64,000 nt of DNA from Podarcis bocagei (taxonomy: Eukaryota). The DNA is taken from assembly GCA_964188305.1 (NCBI GenBank), contig OZ076886.1, one strand, 5' to 3'. Positions 37,630-50,554 of this stretch are shown in pieces. A program made the translations under genes and the position numbers. Below the pieces are notes generated by a model. The model was not told the origin of the DNA, searched no databases, and worked only from the letters and a program-made list of their open reading frames with translations. Position 1 is the stretch's first letter. Every line of letters starts with the position of its first letter.

Positions 37630-37780
37630 TCCAGTACTGCAACTTTCTTCATCTGTGTCCCTGCAGATGTTGTTGGACTATAGCTCCCATCAGAGCCATT
37701 CAGCATCACCACTAGTCAGGAAGTATGGGAGTTGTAGTCCTAAAAACATCTGGAAGGCCACCAGGCGAGGGGAGACTGTG
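37630..37780. mobile_element. Short palindromic hAT-like MITE
   Basis: cagatgttgttggactatagctcccat ... atgggagttgtagtcctaaaaacatctg; relatives at about 60204-60318 and 62918-63051. Confidence 0.65.
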
Positions 37781-38431
37781 CTACTGTTTTCAAAAAGCAG
37801 TGCTATGTATTGGGGGGTGGCCAAAAGATAAAACTAGGATCTGCTGGTGGTTAGCAGTAGATTGGCTGGGCTTTCATATTTAGAATGGTTTAACAAATTG
37901 TTTAGCGGCAGCAACACACACACCCGCCCCCCAATCTTGCTTTGGATGCTGAAATGAAGACAATGAGCAGTGGAGAATCAGGTTTTTGTGTGAACATGCT
38001 AAAGAAGATGCTAGGTGGGAGAGCATTCCACAGATGGGAAGCCACAATTGAAAAGGCTCTCACCCTTGACACCAGCCTCCCTCAAAGAGGGGATCTTGAG
38101 GAGGTCTTCCAAAGATGATCTAAGGGTTTAGGTAAGGCAAGGCTTGCAGTTCAGCTGTGAGCTGATGTTATTTGCATCTGTCTTCCATAATTACTGAGAT
38201 TTTTTTTTTACTTTTTGCAAATACAGAACAGATAAAGTGTTTAGATCTTTCTTTAATTCCACCCAAAGCGTTTTGGGAAAATGGAAGGTGAAACTTGACT
38301 GGAGTTACTAAGAATTAAATGTCTGCATGTGTTTTAATGGGGAAATAGCTTTGTGTTTGTGTCAAGTGTTTGGTGATTGTGTGTCACTGACTGGAATGCA
38401 ACCCCAGATAGTTTTCCATGGTGATAGTACA

Positions 38432-38544
38432 GTCCTTTGCCTTGGATATTTTTAAGCAAAGGTTGGATGGCCGTCTGCCATGGAGACTTGGACTAGATGA
38501 CCCTCAGGGTCCCTTCAAACTCTAAAATTCAATGATTCTATGAT
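38432..38544 (+). mobile_element. CR1 LINE 3' end
   Basis: tttttaagcaaaggttggatggccgtctg...ggactagatgaccctcagggtcccttcaaactct...atgattctatgat. Confidence 0.75.
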
Positions 38545-39537
38545 ATGCTTCCCCATCCCTGGGGCCTTCCTTGGCCCATTTTTATTCCCTTCCATTAGAA
38601 ATACAGATTTGGAACTATGCCTGGTGGGGGAAACAATGTAGGGGGAGGGGTATGGAGGTGGAATGGTTGGCTGGGGAACCTCTCCTGTTGCTTCATTGGG
38701 CTTCCATTACAGAGAAGGTTGTAATAAAAGAGGTGAATATATTTGGCCCAAGTGATGCAAAGCTGTTGTTGCGTTTTAAAAAATCTTGGTTTAGCTTAGT
38801 TGCCAAATTTTGGCTGCTAACAGCCTGGCATTTTAGTAGATGATTGATTTGATGTTTTCCTCTTTGTTGTAATGTTCCCAAGGAAATATGCATGGGCCCA
38901 TCTTTAATGGCTTTTAAAAGATCCTCGAAAACTTTCCTATTTCAATCGCATAGTGCTGTTCTTTTAACTTTTCTTCTTGCTGCCTATGAATCAGGAGGTT
39001 GCTGTAATTTTACTGAAAGATTGCCTCCTTGCATATACTTACCCAAACCTTATGATCCTCTTCAAAGGCTTTGCTCTATGAGCCACCACCAAATGAGGCG
39101 AGGCGAGGCAGGTGGCTGCTAGAAAAAAGGGCTTTCTCTGTGGTAGCACCCCAGTAGTTGAAGAAGAGTTTCCTGGCACCTTATTTATTTATTTAGAGCA
39201 TTTGTACTCCTCTCTCCAGACCAAAAGGCTCCAGAGTGACTTACATACAATTAATTAAGGCAGTCCCCTGCCTGTAGGCTTACAATCTAAAGAAATATGG
39301 CACGCAAGGAAAAATGGTCAGGGAGGGAAGAGGGAATGGTCTTTTCAGTGCAGATGAAGAGCATTTTGTTCACCCACACCTATTAAAATTGTCCTATAAG
39401 ACAAAGCCTAGGCTCTCATTGTTTTACTGTGGTTCTAAATAAACCTTATGCTCTTGTAGCATAGGCTAAGTTGTACTTCCTTATGTTCTGTCTCTTAGGG
39501 GACATTTTATGTTGCTTTTATTAATCTTTTGCATTAT

Positions 39538-39692
39538 TAGAATCATAGAATCACAGAGTTTGAAGGGACCCCAAGGGTCATCTAGTCCAACCCCCTTCAA
39601 TGCAGGAATCCTGCCCACAGCTATCCCTGAGTGGGCTCAAACCACCAGCCTTCTGGTTAACAGCCAAACACACTGGCCCTTTGTGCCACAGA
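39538..39692 (-). mobile_element. tRNA-Asn(GTT)-derived SINE with CR1 3' tail
   Basis: Minus strand: tctgtggcacaa...tttggctgttaaccagaaggctggtggtttgagcccactcaggga head, then the same gattcctgcattg...ggttggactagatgacc...atgattcta tail. Confidence 0.85.
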
Positions 39693-40411
39693 TTATATTT
39701 TTCATTATATGAGGTTTGTTGTATGATGTCTAGGGATGGTATTGAACTTCAGCAATTTGTATTTAATACAAATAATAGCACCTGATTATTATTTTTTAAT
39801 GAAAAAAATGCTTGTGAATTGTCTTGGGAGGTTTGTGTCCTGAAATGTAGTTAAGAAATCCCGTTTGACAAGTAGTAAACCAATATGATATTTTAATGTG
39901 CCCCAAGCCTGAGGTGAAAGAATTGGACTAGGAATTGAAATAATGTGCTAGTGATGTGAAAAGTATGGATGCCTCTAAGTCAGCCTAACTCTGGGGGGTA
40001 CAATGCCCCCTGGTTTCAAAACTGCAGGTATTATGTAGTGCACTATGAATACTTGTACAAGCCCTGAGGCTGCATGTGTTCCTGCTTGTTTCTGATTTTT
40101 GCTGAAATCCGCACAGTGTCACAAAGCTATTATCATACATAAGTAAATATGTTATGTTAAATCAAAGAAAAGCTGTGCTTTTGGCAGTGTTTCTTGAAAT
40201 TTGTAAAGCTTTAACCACCCCGCCCCCATGAATTGCTTATTATAACTTGAAAAGAATTTGCCCGGTTTTTCCAAACAAATGGACTAAAATCTTTGAAACC
40301 CCACAATAGAAATATGCTGCATTTTGCAGTTGCCACAGAACTCATCTTATTTGAATTAACTTTTGGACACAGCAAACATATCAACCTTTAGTCTCTGTAA
40401 TGGGCAAAACA

Positions 40412-40528
40412 ATGGGTTGTTTGTATGTTAGTCCTAGTCAAAATAGACTCATTGGAGTTTAGAGGCTTAAGTTAGTCATGCTAGTAATTTCAGTAGATGT
40501 ATTATGACTAACGTTGGATACAACCCAA
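40412..40528. mobile_element. Palindromic MITE-like element (TGGGTTGTA-type ends); relative at about 40735-40908, apparently nested in a MIR-like SINE
   Basis: tgggttgtttgtatgttagtc ... gactaacgttggatacaaccca. Confidence 0.55.
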
Positions 40529-41871
40529 TGTCATCAGAAATGGGTGAGGGCAACATTCTGATTATCAGTTCAGATCCCATTTAATCAATCAGCTGAATCT
40601 AGATGGCACTCTAGCAAACAATTAAAGAAGGATAGAAAACAACAGTTATATAATTTATATACAATGCTCTGAAATGCTCAAAGTGCTTCACATAACGTCA
40701 CAATCCTTACAACTGTCAGGAAAGCTGTGACAGTGGGCTGTGTTCAATGCTGTCATTCAGCTGGTGGTCAGGCATCTTTCAGCCGAGGAACCCTCCAGAT
40801 CAGATTTGGGGGCTGCAGGGTGATGGGAAGATTGCTAAAAATGGCTTCCATCTTGTTCTGCTGATGGAAGTCTTACCATCAGCTGAGTGACACCATTAGA
40901 TACAACCCAATATTATCCTAATATAGATGAAAGCAGGGCAGTTGAGGCTTAGATAAAGAGTTTCTGTTCACTGCCATACCCCCTCTCTCACGACACACCA
41001 TCTGCTGTTACATTCAAATGGGCAACATGTGGTTTGCTTTCCTCCTCCTAATCAGAATTGTAAACGGTGGTTTGCTGGTTCAGATGTAATGGCATCTGAA
41101 TATTGGCCTGCTGAAGTGTATTTCCTCTTGGTGGTGGTGGGGGGAATTGTGCAAGATGCACCCCCCCAAGGCCATGTAATGAATGTATTATGGGACAGAT
41201 GGCATTCAGACCTGAGGTCTGAATCGCCTAAGGTCCAGGACTTGCCTAAGATCGAGGACAAAGTGCCCCCTTTTGGAAATTCCCCCCAGATATCAATTCC
41301 ACCTTTGAAATTCCAGTAGTATCCCAGAAAATCCGGACTTATAGCAGCCCTAACAAAACGCTACATGAATAACACACAGAACAAGACACTGACTTCATTT
41401 CTGTGTTTTTAAAAGTCTCCTATTTCCCCAAAGTAGCTTTGTTCAAAGGCCATGTCTAAGATTCCAGCATCAGACGTGTTGAAGAAAAGTGAGAGAAAAA
41501 CAAAATTATGCAGCAGAAAACCTATTACATATGCACAGAAAATAGTACAGTGCTTACTTTAGTTTGACAATATGTACATTTTCTAAAAAGGAAACAAGTG
41601 TTGGAAAAAGGTATGGTCCCAATATGTCCTGCATAGGTTTAAAATTGTGTTCTACCCTAGGTTTACTAAGGGCTGCTTACCAGGAAATGTTGAGGATTAA
41701 GTAATACTTAGGAAAAGGAATCCCCTTTTCTAAGACGTTATTGGTATACGCAGCATTTGAAACTACCTTCACTTGTGGTGAAAACTTTGAGTTCTTTATA
41801 GCAAAAGGAAGCCATACATGTTGGAGAAGTAATGAATAAACTGTGATTTTTCTAATCCTGATCAAGGATTA

Positions 41872-42123
41872 CAGTGGTGCCCCGCAAGACGAATGCCTCG
41901 CAAGACGAAAAACTCGCTAGACGAAAGGGTTTTTCGGTTTTGCGTTGCTTCGCTAGACGAATTTCCCTATGGGCTTGCTTCGCAAGACGAAAACGTCTTG
42001 CGCTTTTTTTAAAAGCCGCTTGAAGAGGCACAGTTGCGACGGACCATGCTTCGCAAGACGAAAAACATCGCAAGATGAAAAGACTCGTGGAACGAATTCT
42101 TTTTGTCTTGTGAGGCACCACTG
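41872..42123. mobile_element. Tigger/pogo-like MITE; short sibling of 9442-10394 in the opposite orientation
   Basis: TA|cagtggtgccccgcaagacgaa ... tgtcttgtgaggcaccactg|TA; repeated subterminal cgcaagacgaa motifs. Confidence 0.88.
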
Positions 42124-42448
42124 TATCTGGATGAGGACCAGCAATTAGTTCATTTGAGGACAGAGGGTAGAGTCTGCTGCAATAAAATTCTCTGTGTAGA
42201 CCTTGTTACCTTCAGAAGAAGAATAAAAAGATTTGAGGGTTTTTTAAAAGGGGGGTGTCTGATGTGTCAGGCAACTTCACTCTACATACCCTAGCAGATT
42301 TCAGTACTTCATAGACAGGTGGAACCCTGAGCAAATCCGTTTCCATAGATGAAAAGAAATTATTAGGGAGAAAGGTGCCCTTTAAGAAATGATGTCCCCA
42401 AGCCACATAGGTGGTTACAGGGAAGCTGCAGTTTTTAGCCATGGTAGC

Positions 42449-42742
42449 TGTTATGTACTGAAGTTCTCACCCTGGGCCAGCAGGGGGATACTGTAGATAG
42501 TTATGCAAATGAAGGATTGAAAGTGACGTTCAGTGATTGGATAGTTTGTATGCAAATGAAGGATCGAAAGTGACTTTCAGTGATTGGATAGTTTTAGAAA
42601 GTTGCAACAGTTATGTTGTTCTGGAGCTCTATATAAGCAGGTTGACTGAGCTCCTCAGTTCAGTTCTGTTATGGCCTTTGAATAAACAAGAGCTGTTTGA
42701 AGAATCGCTGTGTTGTCTGATATGTTCGCCCACAACTTAACA
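42449..42742 (+). mobile_element. Compact solo LTR (294 bp) inserted in an older CR1-like fragment
   Basis: TGTTA...TAACA termini; 5-bp TSD gtagc/atagc (1 mismatch); TATATAA at 42630; AATAAA at 42681. Confidence 0.85.
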
Positions 42743-43179
42743 ATAGCCAAATGGAACCTCCATGTTGAGAGGAAATGTATCTCTCAACTGAAATTATGTT
42801 TGTCCTCATATCTGCTCATAGGCTCTCCTGTGACTGCTGGCTGGCCGCTGTTAGAAGCAGGATCCTGCCTAGACAAAACTTTTATTTGAACCAATAAGGT
42901 ATGAGGGGATATTAGAAACTACTGGTCTCTCTGGCTGTTCTGCAATAGATTATAAAGGGCTTCTCACTCTCAATAGTTCACCAACAGTAGCAACAAAATG
43001 ACTTTTCCTGCCAAAATTAGGCTGATGAAATGAAGAAAGACTTGTGCTTGAAGGGACAGTGAGCTCAGTGCACTTCTGGTATGGGAAAACAAACTCCTAG
43101 TCTCAGATTCTGCCCAGCGGTACCCTGCTCTTTCATGCTAATCATATCTATTTTGCACCTGGCTCTCATTGGCTTTCTG

Positions 43180-43700
43180 TTTTAAATATTTACAAGCCAT
43201 CTTTTAGGGTCAAAATCCTCCCAAGGCAGCTTCCCCTAACATCGCAATACATTTAAAAACCAGAAATAAGCAGCGGTAAAATGAATAAGTAACAGTAACT
43301 AATGACAATATTCAAAATGGTAAAACCCAGTAAAATGCTAGAATCACCAAAGTCGTCAAAGATAAAACAGCAGCAAAAGCAGAGTGGTTCGAATAGTTCT
43401 AGTAAAAAACTAACCAGCCCAACAAGGCTGCCCACCCCCGTGATGGCAAAGAACAGATTCATGCATGGTCCTGGTGGACTACCACCCAGGCATTTCACAT
43501 CATATAGCCTCCCAACCATCTTGAGCAATCCCACATGCAACGCATTGCAGCAATCAATCCTTGAGGTCACCATGGCATGAATGATAGTTCCCAAGTCCAT
43601 GTTCTCCCAAGAGGAAGGAAGGCAGAGATGGCAAATCATTTTTGAAAGCTAGAAAGTGCTTCTGGTTGCTAGCACTGTGTGTGCTTTCCAAGAACATTTG
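43180..43700 (-). mobile_element. Degraded L2 LINE ORF2 C-terminal remnant plus tail
   Basis: ORF 43253..43639 begins DLGTIIHAMVTSRIDCCNALHVGL, matching the L2 motif LVTSRLDYCNxL. Confidence 0.7.
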
Positions 43701-43994
43701 CAAACTGATCACTAGCCCTATGCTTCCATTTACCAGGAACCCTAGATTACTCTTATGACTTGAGCCAATCTTCCTCTTCATCCAGGAGCCTCTGAATCTC
43801 GCACCTGAGTGACTATTCCTATCCAGTGGTGAAGCCTCTGGACACAGCAGTTGCAATTTGGGGTTATGGTTTTTTTTGGGGGGTGCTTTCCTCCCTATAA
43901 ATGGTTTATTAATGATAGCATCTTAATGATCTGTTTAAAATAAATAAACCATTGACGCCATTTCAAAGGTATTTTGTGAGGCTCAGCTGATATT

Positions 43995-44166
43995 NNNNNN
44001 NNNNNNNNNNNNNNNNNNNNNNNNNNNNNNNNNNNNNNNNNNNNNNNNNNNNNNNNNNNNNNNNNNNNNNNNNNNNNNNNNNNNNNNNNNNNNNNNNNNN
44101 NNNNNNNNNNNNNNNNNNNNNNNNNNNNNNNNNNNNNNNNNNNNNNNNNNNNNNNNNNNNNNNNNN
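43995..44166. other. Assembly gap (N run)
   Basis: 172 N. Confidence 1.
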
Positions 44167-44920
44167 TGGTCCCACATGCATATGGTACTTGGCAATTAGT
44201 CTTTTCTACAAAATGTTGGTGATGGCAGGGTGGGTTACCAAAAACCTCGTGTGTCTGGGTGTATACTAATTTCTGGTTTCAACACATAGCCTGAGATGGG
44301 GGGAGCTTTTCATGGGCAAATGAACTTTAGCTTCTTTTCTGTGCCTGAATGAAACAGCTCCAGCTACTCCAGGATTGCCTATTGTTCTCTGAGCAGTCTT
44401 GACAGTGATATTCTTCACCACCACAGCTAATAGCAAGGAGGAGTGGGCGCGGGAGGGGGGGATTTCCATTTCTGCTTTGAGCAGGGCCAGTTGAAACCTG
44501 ACGTAACTTTCTTCACTTAGGATGTGTGGTTGGATTTCCAGAGACGGCACTTGCAGTGGGTGAAGAGCAATCAGTGCCATTTGCTGTGTGCTGACTACTT
44601 CTTTTCATGCCACTTTATTTAGCTGGAGTTCTTATTGCCCTTAACGCAATTACAGCTTATGAAATCCCCGAGTTAAGAGGCTGACTTCCAGCAGCCATTG
44701 TTTCCTGCCAGCTCCTTCTACATCACAAGATGGTCTCGCAGAACATACTCCAGAATATTATACTACCTGCTTTTCACTTAAATTGGCGTATCAACCTTAA
44801 CTTTGATTCACAAAGAAAACAATAGAAAACAGCAATCTAGGCAAAGTTAGCATGTCTGCTCCACCAGTAACCACGACTTATTTATTTACTGAAAGCATTT
44901 AAGAAATTAGATCTAGTTCT

Positions 44921-45185
44921 AAGGGCCTTGTGGCGGTTCCCTCACTGCAAGAAGTGAAATTACAGGGAACCAGCCAGAGGGCTTCTCAGTAGTGGCACCC
45001 ACCGTGTGGAACGCCCTCCCATCAGATGTGAAGGAAATAAACAACTATACAACTTTTAGAAGACATCTGAAGACAGGCAGCCCTATATAGGGAAGTTTTT
45101 AATGTGTAATCTTTTATGTTTTCATATGTGTTGGAAGATGATGAGTGGCTGAGGCAAGATGGGTGGGATATTGTTGTTGTTGTTC
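44921..45185 (+). mobile_element. L2 LINE 3' fragment
   Basis: ggcggttccctcactgc...cagagggcttctcagtagtggcaccc...tggaacgccctccc; same family as 4098-4459. Confidence 0.75.
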
Positions 45186-47580
45186 CTTTCCTTAATGAGC
45201 TAATGTCAGCTAACAAAATAGTCAATGGTCAGGGCTGATGGGTGCTGTTGTCCAAAACATCTGAGGAGGCTCAACACATGTTTATCGTTAATGGCAGAGT
45301 GAAGCAGTGCACCTCTAGGTTGTCTCAGAGTTGCATAGACGCCTCTGTCTATACTTTAGCAGTAAAGTTGTTTTTGTTAGCCAGTATGACCTTTATGATA
45401 GGCAAGCCTATCCAGACAGATAAATGTTGATAAGTCTTTACGGTTAAAATTAATTATTTTTAAAATGCTTTTAATTGTTTTTAAATGTTTTCACCAATGA
45501 TTTAAATATTTCTTGTAAGCTGCTTAGAGGTTTTATTATAATCATTTTGTTCAATAATAAATAAAATAAATTATACTGATTGAAGAACCAGCCTCGGTAT
45601 CATCCAGCAGAGCTCTGTGCGAAACAAAGATGCCATTTCCACCAACTCAGCAGAAGATTGCCTTAATATTTTATTGACAATTGCATGCAATTATATTATC
45701 AACCCACTATGGGATGGTGGTTTTGTTTTGTTTTCTCAATAGATGCACGTCCTTTTGAAGTCTTTATTGAGGCCAAGTGCGGCAACCTGTTGAATTCTCT
45801 CTTTGAGAAACTGCTGACTGAAAACCCATACACTAGCTTTTGTAACAAAAACTGGAGCTTTGTTTGTTAGCTGATGGTGGGTGATAAAGGCAGAGCTGAG
45901 AGTGAAACTGGTTCCTAGAGAATGATTCACACTCTGCTACCCACTACAATTCAATGCAATGAGGCACTTGAAGACCTGTTTTAAGGAGTTGAAATTTTAA
46001 TTAAATAGCGTTCTAATGGAAGAGGCAAACTCTGAGCATCTTCACTCCAATGAAGGCTGACAAGCTCTATGCCGTTTTTGAAACAAATTAATTCCCACTG
46101 TTTCATTGCGTAAGGAAATCATTGGGCAAGAAGTTCAGACAAAAATCCGCACACATGAATTGGCTAAGAGCTCATAATATCAGGCAAAATTAGTATTCAA
46201 AGCTGTCAGTTTCCATATAACTCAGACAGCAATCCTATATTCACTTACCTTGGAGTAAGTCCCATTGAACTCACTGCCACTTCCATAACACTATTGGATT
46301 GTATGGACAGTATTCACAGCCTCTGTCTTTTTCAAAACAAGGAAAATTCATTTCCAAGAGATGGGCTTGCAGTAGCACCAACTGGTTTCAAGGCAACTAT
46401 GTGTGCACGCTTCATTTTACTGACAAGGGGAAGTTTCTGTGATGTCTAACTGGTCCTCATTGGATTGGAGTTTGTGGTGGTATCAGAACATACCCCCAAT
46501 TTTGCAGCCACATTGAATAAAAATATGTTGCGAGAGAAATATGCATCTAACATGTCACGTTGCATTTGGGCTTCAGTGGAGAGGATAGAAAACCCCAGGA
46601 AAATTAGGGAAAGGAATACACACAATTCTGTGTTGCAATCACACATACAGGTCCTATCCAAATATCCGATATTGTTCTCAGCTTCTAACCCTCTGCAGCT
46701 TGAGGAAGGGGGATATTTTTGTGTGTGGAAGAAAAGTGTTACCCCCTTTCCCCAAAGTGTCATGGGCCCTATCCAAACCAGCTGCCTCTGTTCCTGCAAA
46801 GCGACTTCTAAGCAAATTAAAACATGTCAGGTTATCTGATCACATGTCTCTCACATTGCATCTGATTTTGCCCTCAACAAACCATTCCAAGGCACAGATA
46901 GCTCTGTAGGTAGTACTGCAAGGTGCACCAGAGTGACATTCCTATTTGTGGCAGATGTGCGCCATACATATATGCCATAAAATATATTGCGCCACGGCAG
47001 CAAGACGAAGGCTGGTTCTGCATGATTCTGGTGAAACATTTCAAGGAACTGCTCGTGTGCCCCTCAAGGTATATAAATCTAAATAATCATAATCATAAAA
47101 ATAAATCAGTCTGATGCAATGAGTGGGAATGGAATAGGGTATCCAAAGTGCCCCCTTAACTTGAAAAATCCAAGGTTTTGGCTGAAATGTTTGCAAAAGG
47201 CTATTCTAGTTAGCAATTTGCATAATGACTTAGAGCTGATATGCACTCGCCTGGGCTCTGTTCAAAGAGCCTCTGATGGAAACATTTGCTTCTTAAGATA
47301 TAAAACTAAAGGACACACATTGGTGTGTGTGTGTTCAAAGCTAATTAAACTATGTTACTTTATTTTAAAATTACCTGTGTCAAATCAAGCAGGAAAAGCA
47401 GCTCTTTCATCCAAAACTCCTCCAAGATTCTCTTTCTACTTTAAATTGGGCTCTTGGCTGAAACAAACATATGCACCTACTGCTCTTCCCTCTACTTTGC
47501 CAGCCTTCTGTATAGACTGTAGTGAAAGAGGCTGATGTCATTTTTGCCAGCTGAGCAGAACACAAATTCTCTTTAAACTA

Positions 47581-47598
47581 TTGCCACCTAGCGGACAG
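47581..47598 (-). promoter_or_regulatory. Candidate CTCF site
   Basis: Minus strand ctgtCCGCTAGGTGGCAa closely matches the core CCASYAGRKGGCR; motif match only. Confidence 0.5.
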
Positions 47599-50554
47599 TA
47601 GTAATGAGTACAGCAAGAATAATTTTGGAGGGACTAGCAAAAAAAGTTTAAGGCCTTTTCTTTTCCTTGAAGAATGTTTGAAGAGATGGGTTTTTGGTTT
47701 TGATGTATACGAAATAAGAGCTGACAATGGCAGCATTTAATATTGTGATACCTTTTATCCAACAGCATGGCTTTATCCTACTAACAAAGACTGAGAACAG
47801 GCTAGCATGATGACTAGCTTGTCTTCAGCATAGGACACATTCTACTGAGTCTGATGTGACAAATCTGGTTGGCGCTATCAAGGGAAGCAAAAGAAGAGGC
47901 ATTTATCAAGTCAACAATAGAAAATCCTTATTTTGGATAGGAGAAGCTTGTTTTCAGTAAGTATCTATGAAGATAGTTATTTTCGATCAAAATAGTCTGG
48001 GCTTCCAGGTATTTTACAAGAACTGTATTTGATAAAGGTGGACTTTTAGCATCATTCTGAGGCTCTTTTTCTTCTTTTGCTTTCCCTGAGGTTTGGTGCT
48101 CCCCACCCTTTGCTTAACAGAATAATCAAACACATTCGTTTCAAGTAATATAATGAGACAGAACTGAGCAACCTGCTTCTTCTAGGAAATGCGGTCAGGC
48201 ACAGTCCCATCCGCTGAGTTACAAACACCTCATTCCCACTGAAATGGTAAAGTTGCGAAAGGGCTATACTATTTGTGTGGCTATACCACTTGCATCTCCC
48301 TTATACATAAAACACAAAACCCCAATTCATTCCTGTACGTAGAAAACTAGGTAGGGCTAGAACCCTTTTGCCGTAACATGTCATTAGGTAAAGAGAAATC
48401 TTTGTGCTGAGGGAATGTTCTCCTTAGTGCTACATTGAATACATCCCATAATATTTGTATACATATTTCTCAGACACTTTTCTATACAAGAGTATGCAAA
48501 GTTTTTAAAAAAATTCCCCAAATCAGCATAAGTTTACTGATGAAGTAAAATGGTAAAACAACAACAACACATTGTTAATAGATTGTGCTGCTTGCTAACG
48601 GGCAACAGGAAGAATATTTCAGAGGGTTCAGCAAAGAACATTAAAGTGCTTTTGTGAAAAACACCGAAGATAAAGGGATGTAAGCGTAGCAAAAGAGATA
48701 ACGGCTTTTAAAAACAAGGCTTCATTTCCATCTGGAAGCAACAAGGGAAAAAAGCAAGGGTTTTTCTGCCTGCTTGGTCTTTTTGACTTGACTTGTCCTT
48801 TGTCCTCACATTTTGCTATCACAGGAACTATTCCGACTCTAACTTGGGTTACTTTATTTATAGGTTTTCTATACACAAGCACAAAAGTCCCAAGCGGAAA
48901 AGGCAAGCCACCTCCTCCTACTGCATGCTTGGCATATGACTGGGTCTGGCGCCCCTTTCCACCATCTCCTATCACAGTGGCGTAACTTCAGCAGAAGGAT
49001 GCAAAGATATTCTAGTTCCTCACATGCCTATGAGCATCCTTTCACTGCCCCTTTTATTATTGTGGAGGGGTGCCTCTCACACATTAGCTTTTCCCCTTAT
49101 CTACGTCACATTCCTTCATTTCCTAACCCTTTATTACTGCGGCCACTGTGTATCTGAATGCCATCTGTTTTCTACCTCAGTTTAAGCACCACTGGCCATG
49201 GTTAGGAGTAGGACAAAACAGCAGAGAGGTCCAACCATGAGGTAAAAAAACAACAAGTCAATTATATTAGTAAAATGTAAATAGTGATATTTGTAGGTAT
49301 GCCTGGTTCCTTAACCAGCTTCACTTCCTTAGAATTGCTTTAAATAAGCATGTTTACACTGTATGGTTACTGTCACTTTAAATGAAATAGCAAATACAAC
49401 ATAGGATTCCTTTAGTAATCGTGTGAGCTTGGTCCTACCTGTATTCAAACCCAAAGCTAATTTTCCCGATGCCCCTCTTCCTCATCAACTGAGCACACTT
49501 GCAGTCTTCATTCAAGTCCATGAACACTTCCCTGTTGAGTCTCTCAAGTTTTTTTCAGGACTTCTGCAGCCTTCTCCGCCCCCCCCCCCCGCCCAGAAAC
49601 TGTTGTTACCTCAGTTTCTCCATAATGCTGTTGATTCTTGGAGGCAGAACTCTCCTGAATGCTGCCTCTCTTCCCCGCCATTCTTCTTCCACAGCTCTAG
49701 CCAGTGATTTCAGCTCTCAGGTTTCACAAGTCACTCCGAGGCTCTCCTTAAGTCCCCAGGTGTCCACTGTGTGAGTCAACTTCCAGCAGATGAACAATAA
49801 CCACACACACTTTCCCCCGTCCCTTTTTGACCAGATCCCAGCCTTTTATGCTCTCAGAAGGCCCCCACCTACCCCCAGCTAATAATTTCAATTTGGGTGG
49901 AATTCTGCAGCCTTACTGGCCTACAGCCAACCAACTAAAATTGATCAGATTCTGATACCTTGGCTCCAGTACGTGGGCCATATCCCCCAGTTGGACACAT
50001 TGCAATAACTGCTGCTCAGCCCCCCTGCAGATACATGGCATCTCCCGGCATAAACTCATCATGACAGTTCAGTTAAACTTCTACATTAACTATGAATAAA
50101 TCCATTTATATACACCCCCCCCCCAAATGAACATTTTTCACCTCAGATCAGAAGGGGATCTCACAAATACGCACCTCTGAAATGCAGAAGCACACCCTTT
50201 CCAATTCTGCAATCAATAAACAACTCACAACCATAAAGGAATAGCTTAACCTTAGCAGTGGAGTCTATTTTTGCTAAGATTCCTCCTCCCCTTCAAAAAA
50301 TAAAAATAAGAAAATGTCCAGCCTTTGGCCTCAAGGTGATTGTATTCTCCTGCTGTGGGGTGATGGTGGATGGTTTTAAGGCAACTGCTGTTTTTATCAG
50401 CTTCTCAGCAGCTTATTTTGGATTGTTTTTCTGCAATAACCTACAACGTAATAAACCAAGTGTGTAAATATTCCTGGCATCAAAATTGTCAGTATATAAA
50501 TTGTGCCATATATAAATTGTCCTAATAGTTAACCTGAAAGAAATAACTCTGAAG

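Noticed and set aside
47254-47271. GGCTCT/AGAGCC histone-type stem
   Set aside because: The loop is 6 nt rather than the 4-nt loop SLBP needs, there is no histone ORF, and it lies beyond the inferred LSM11 end
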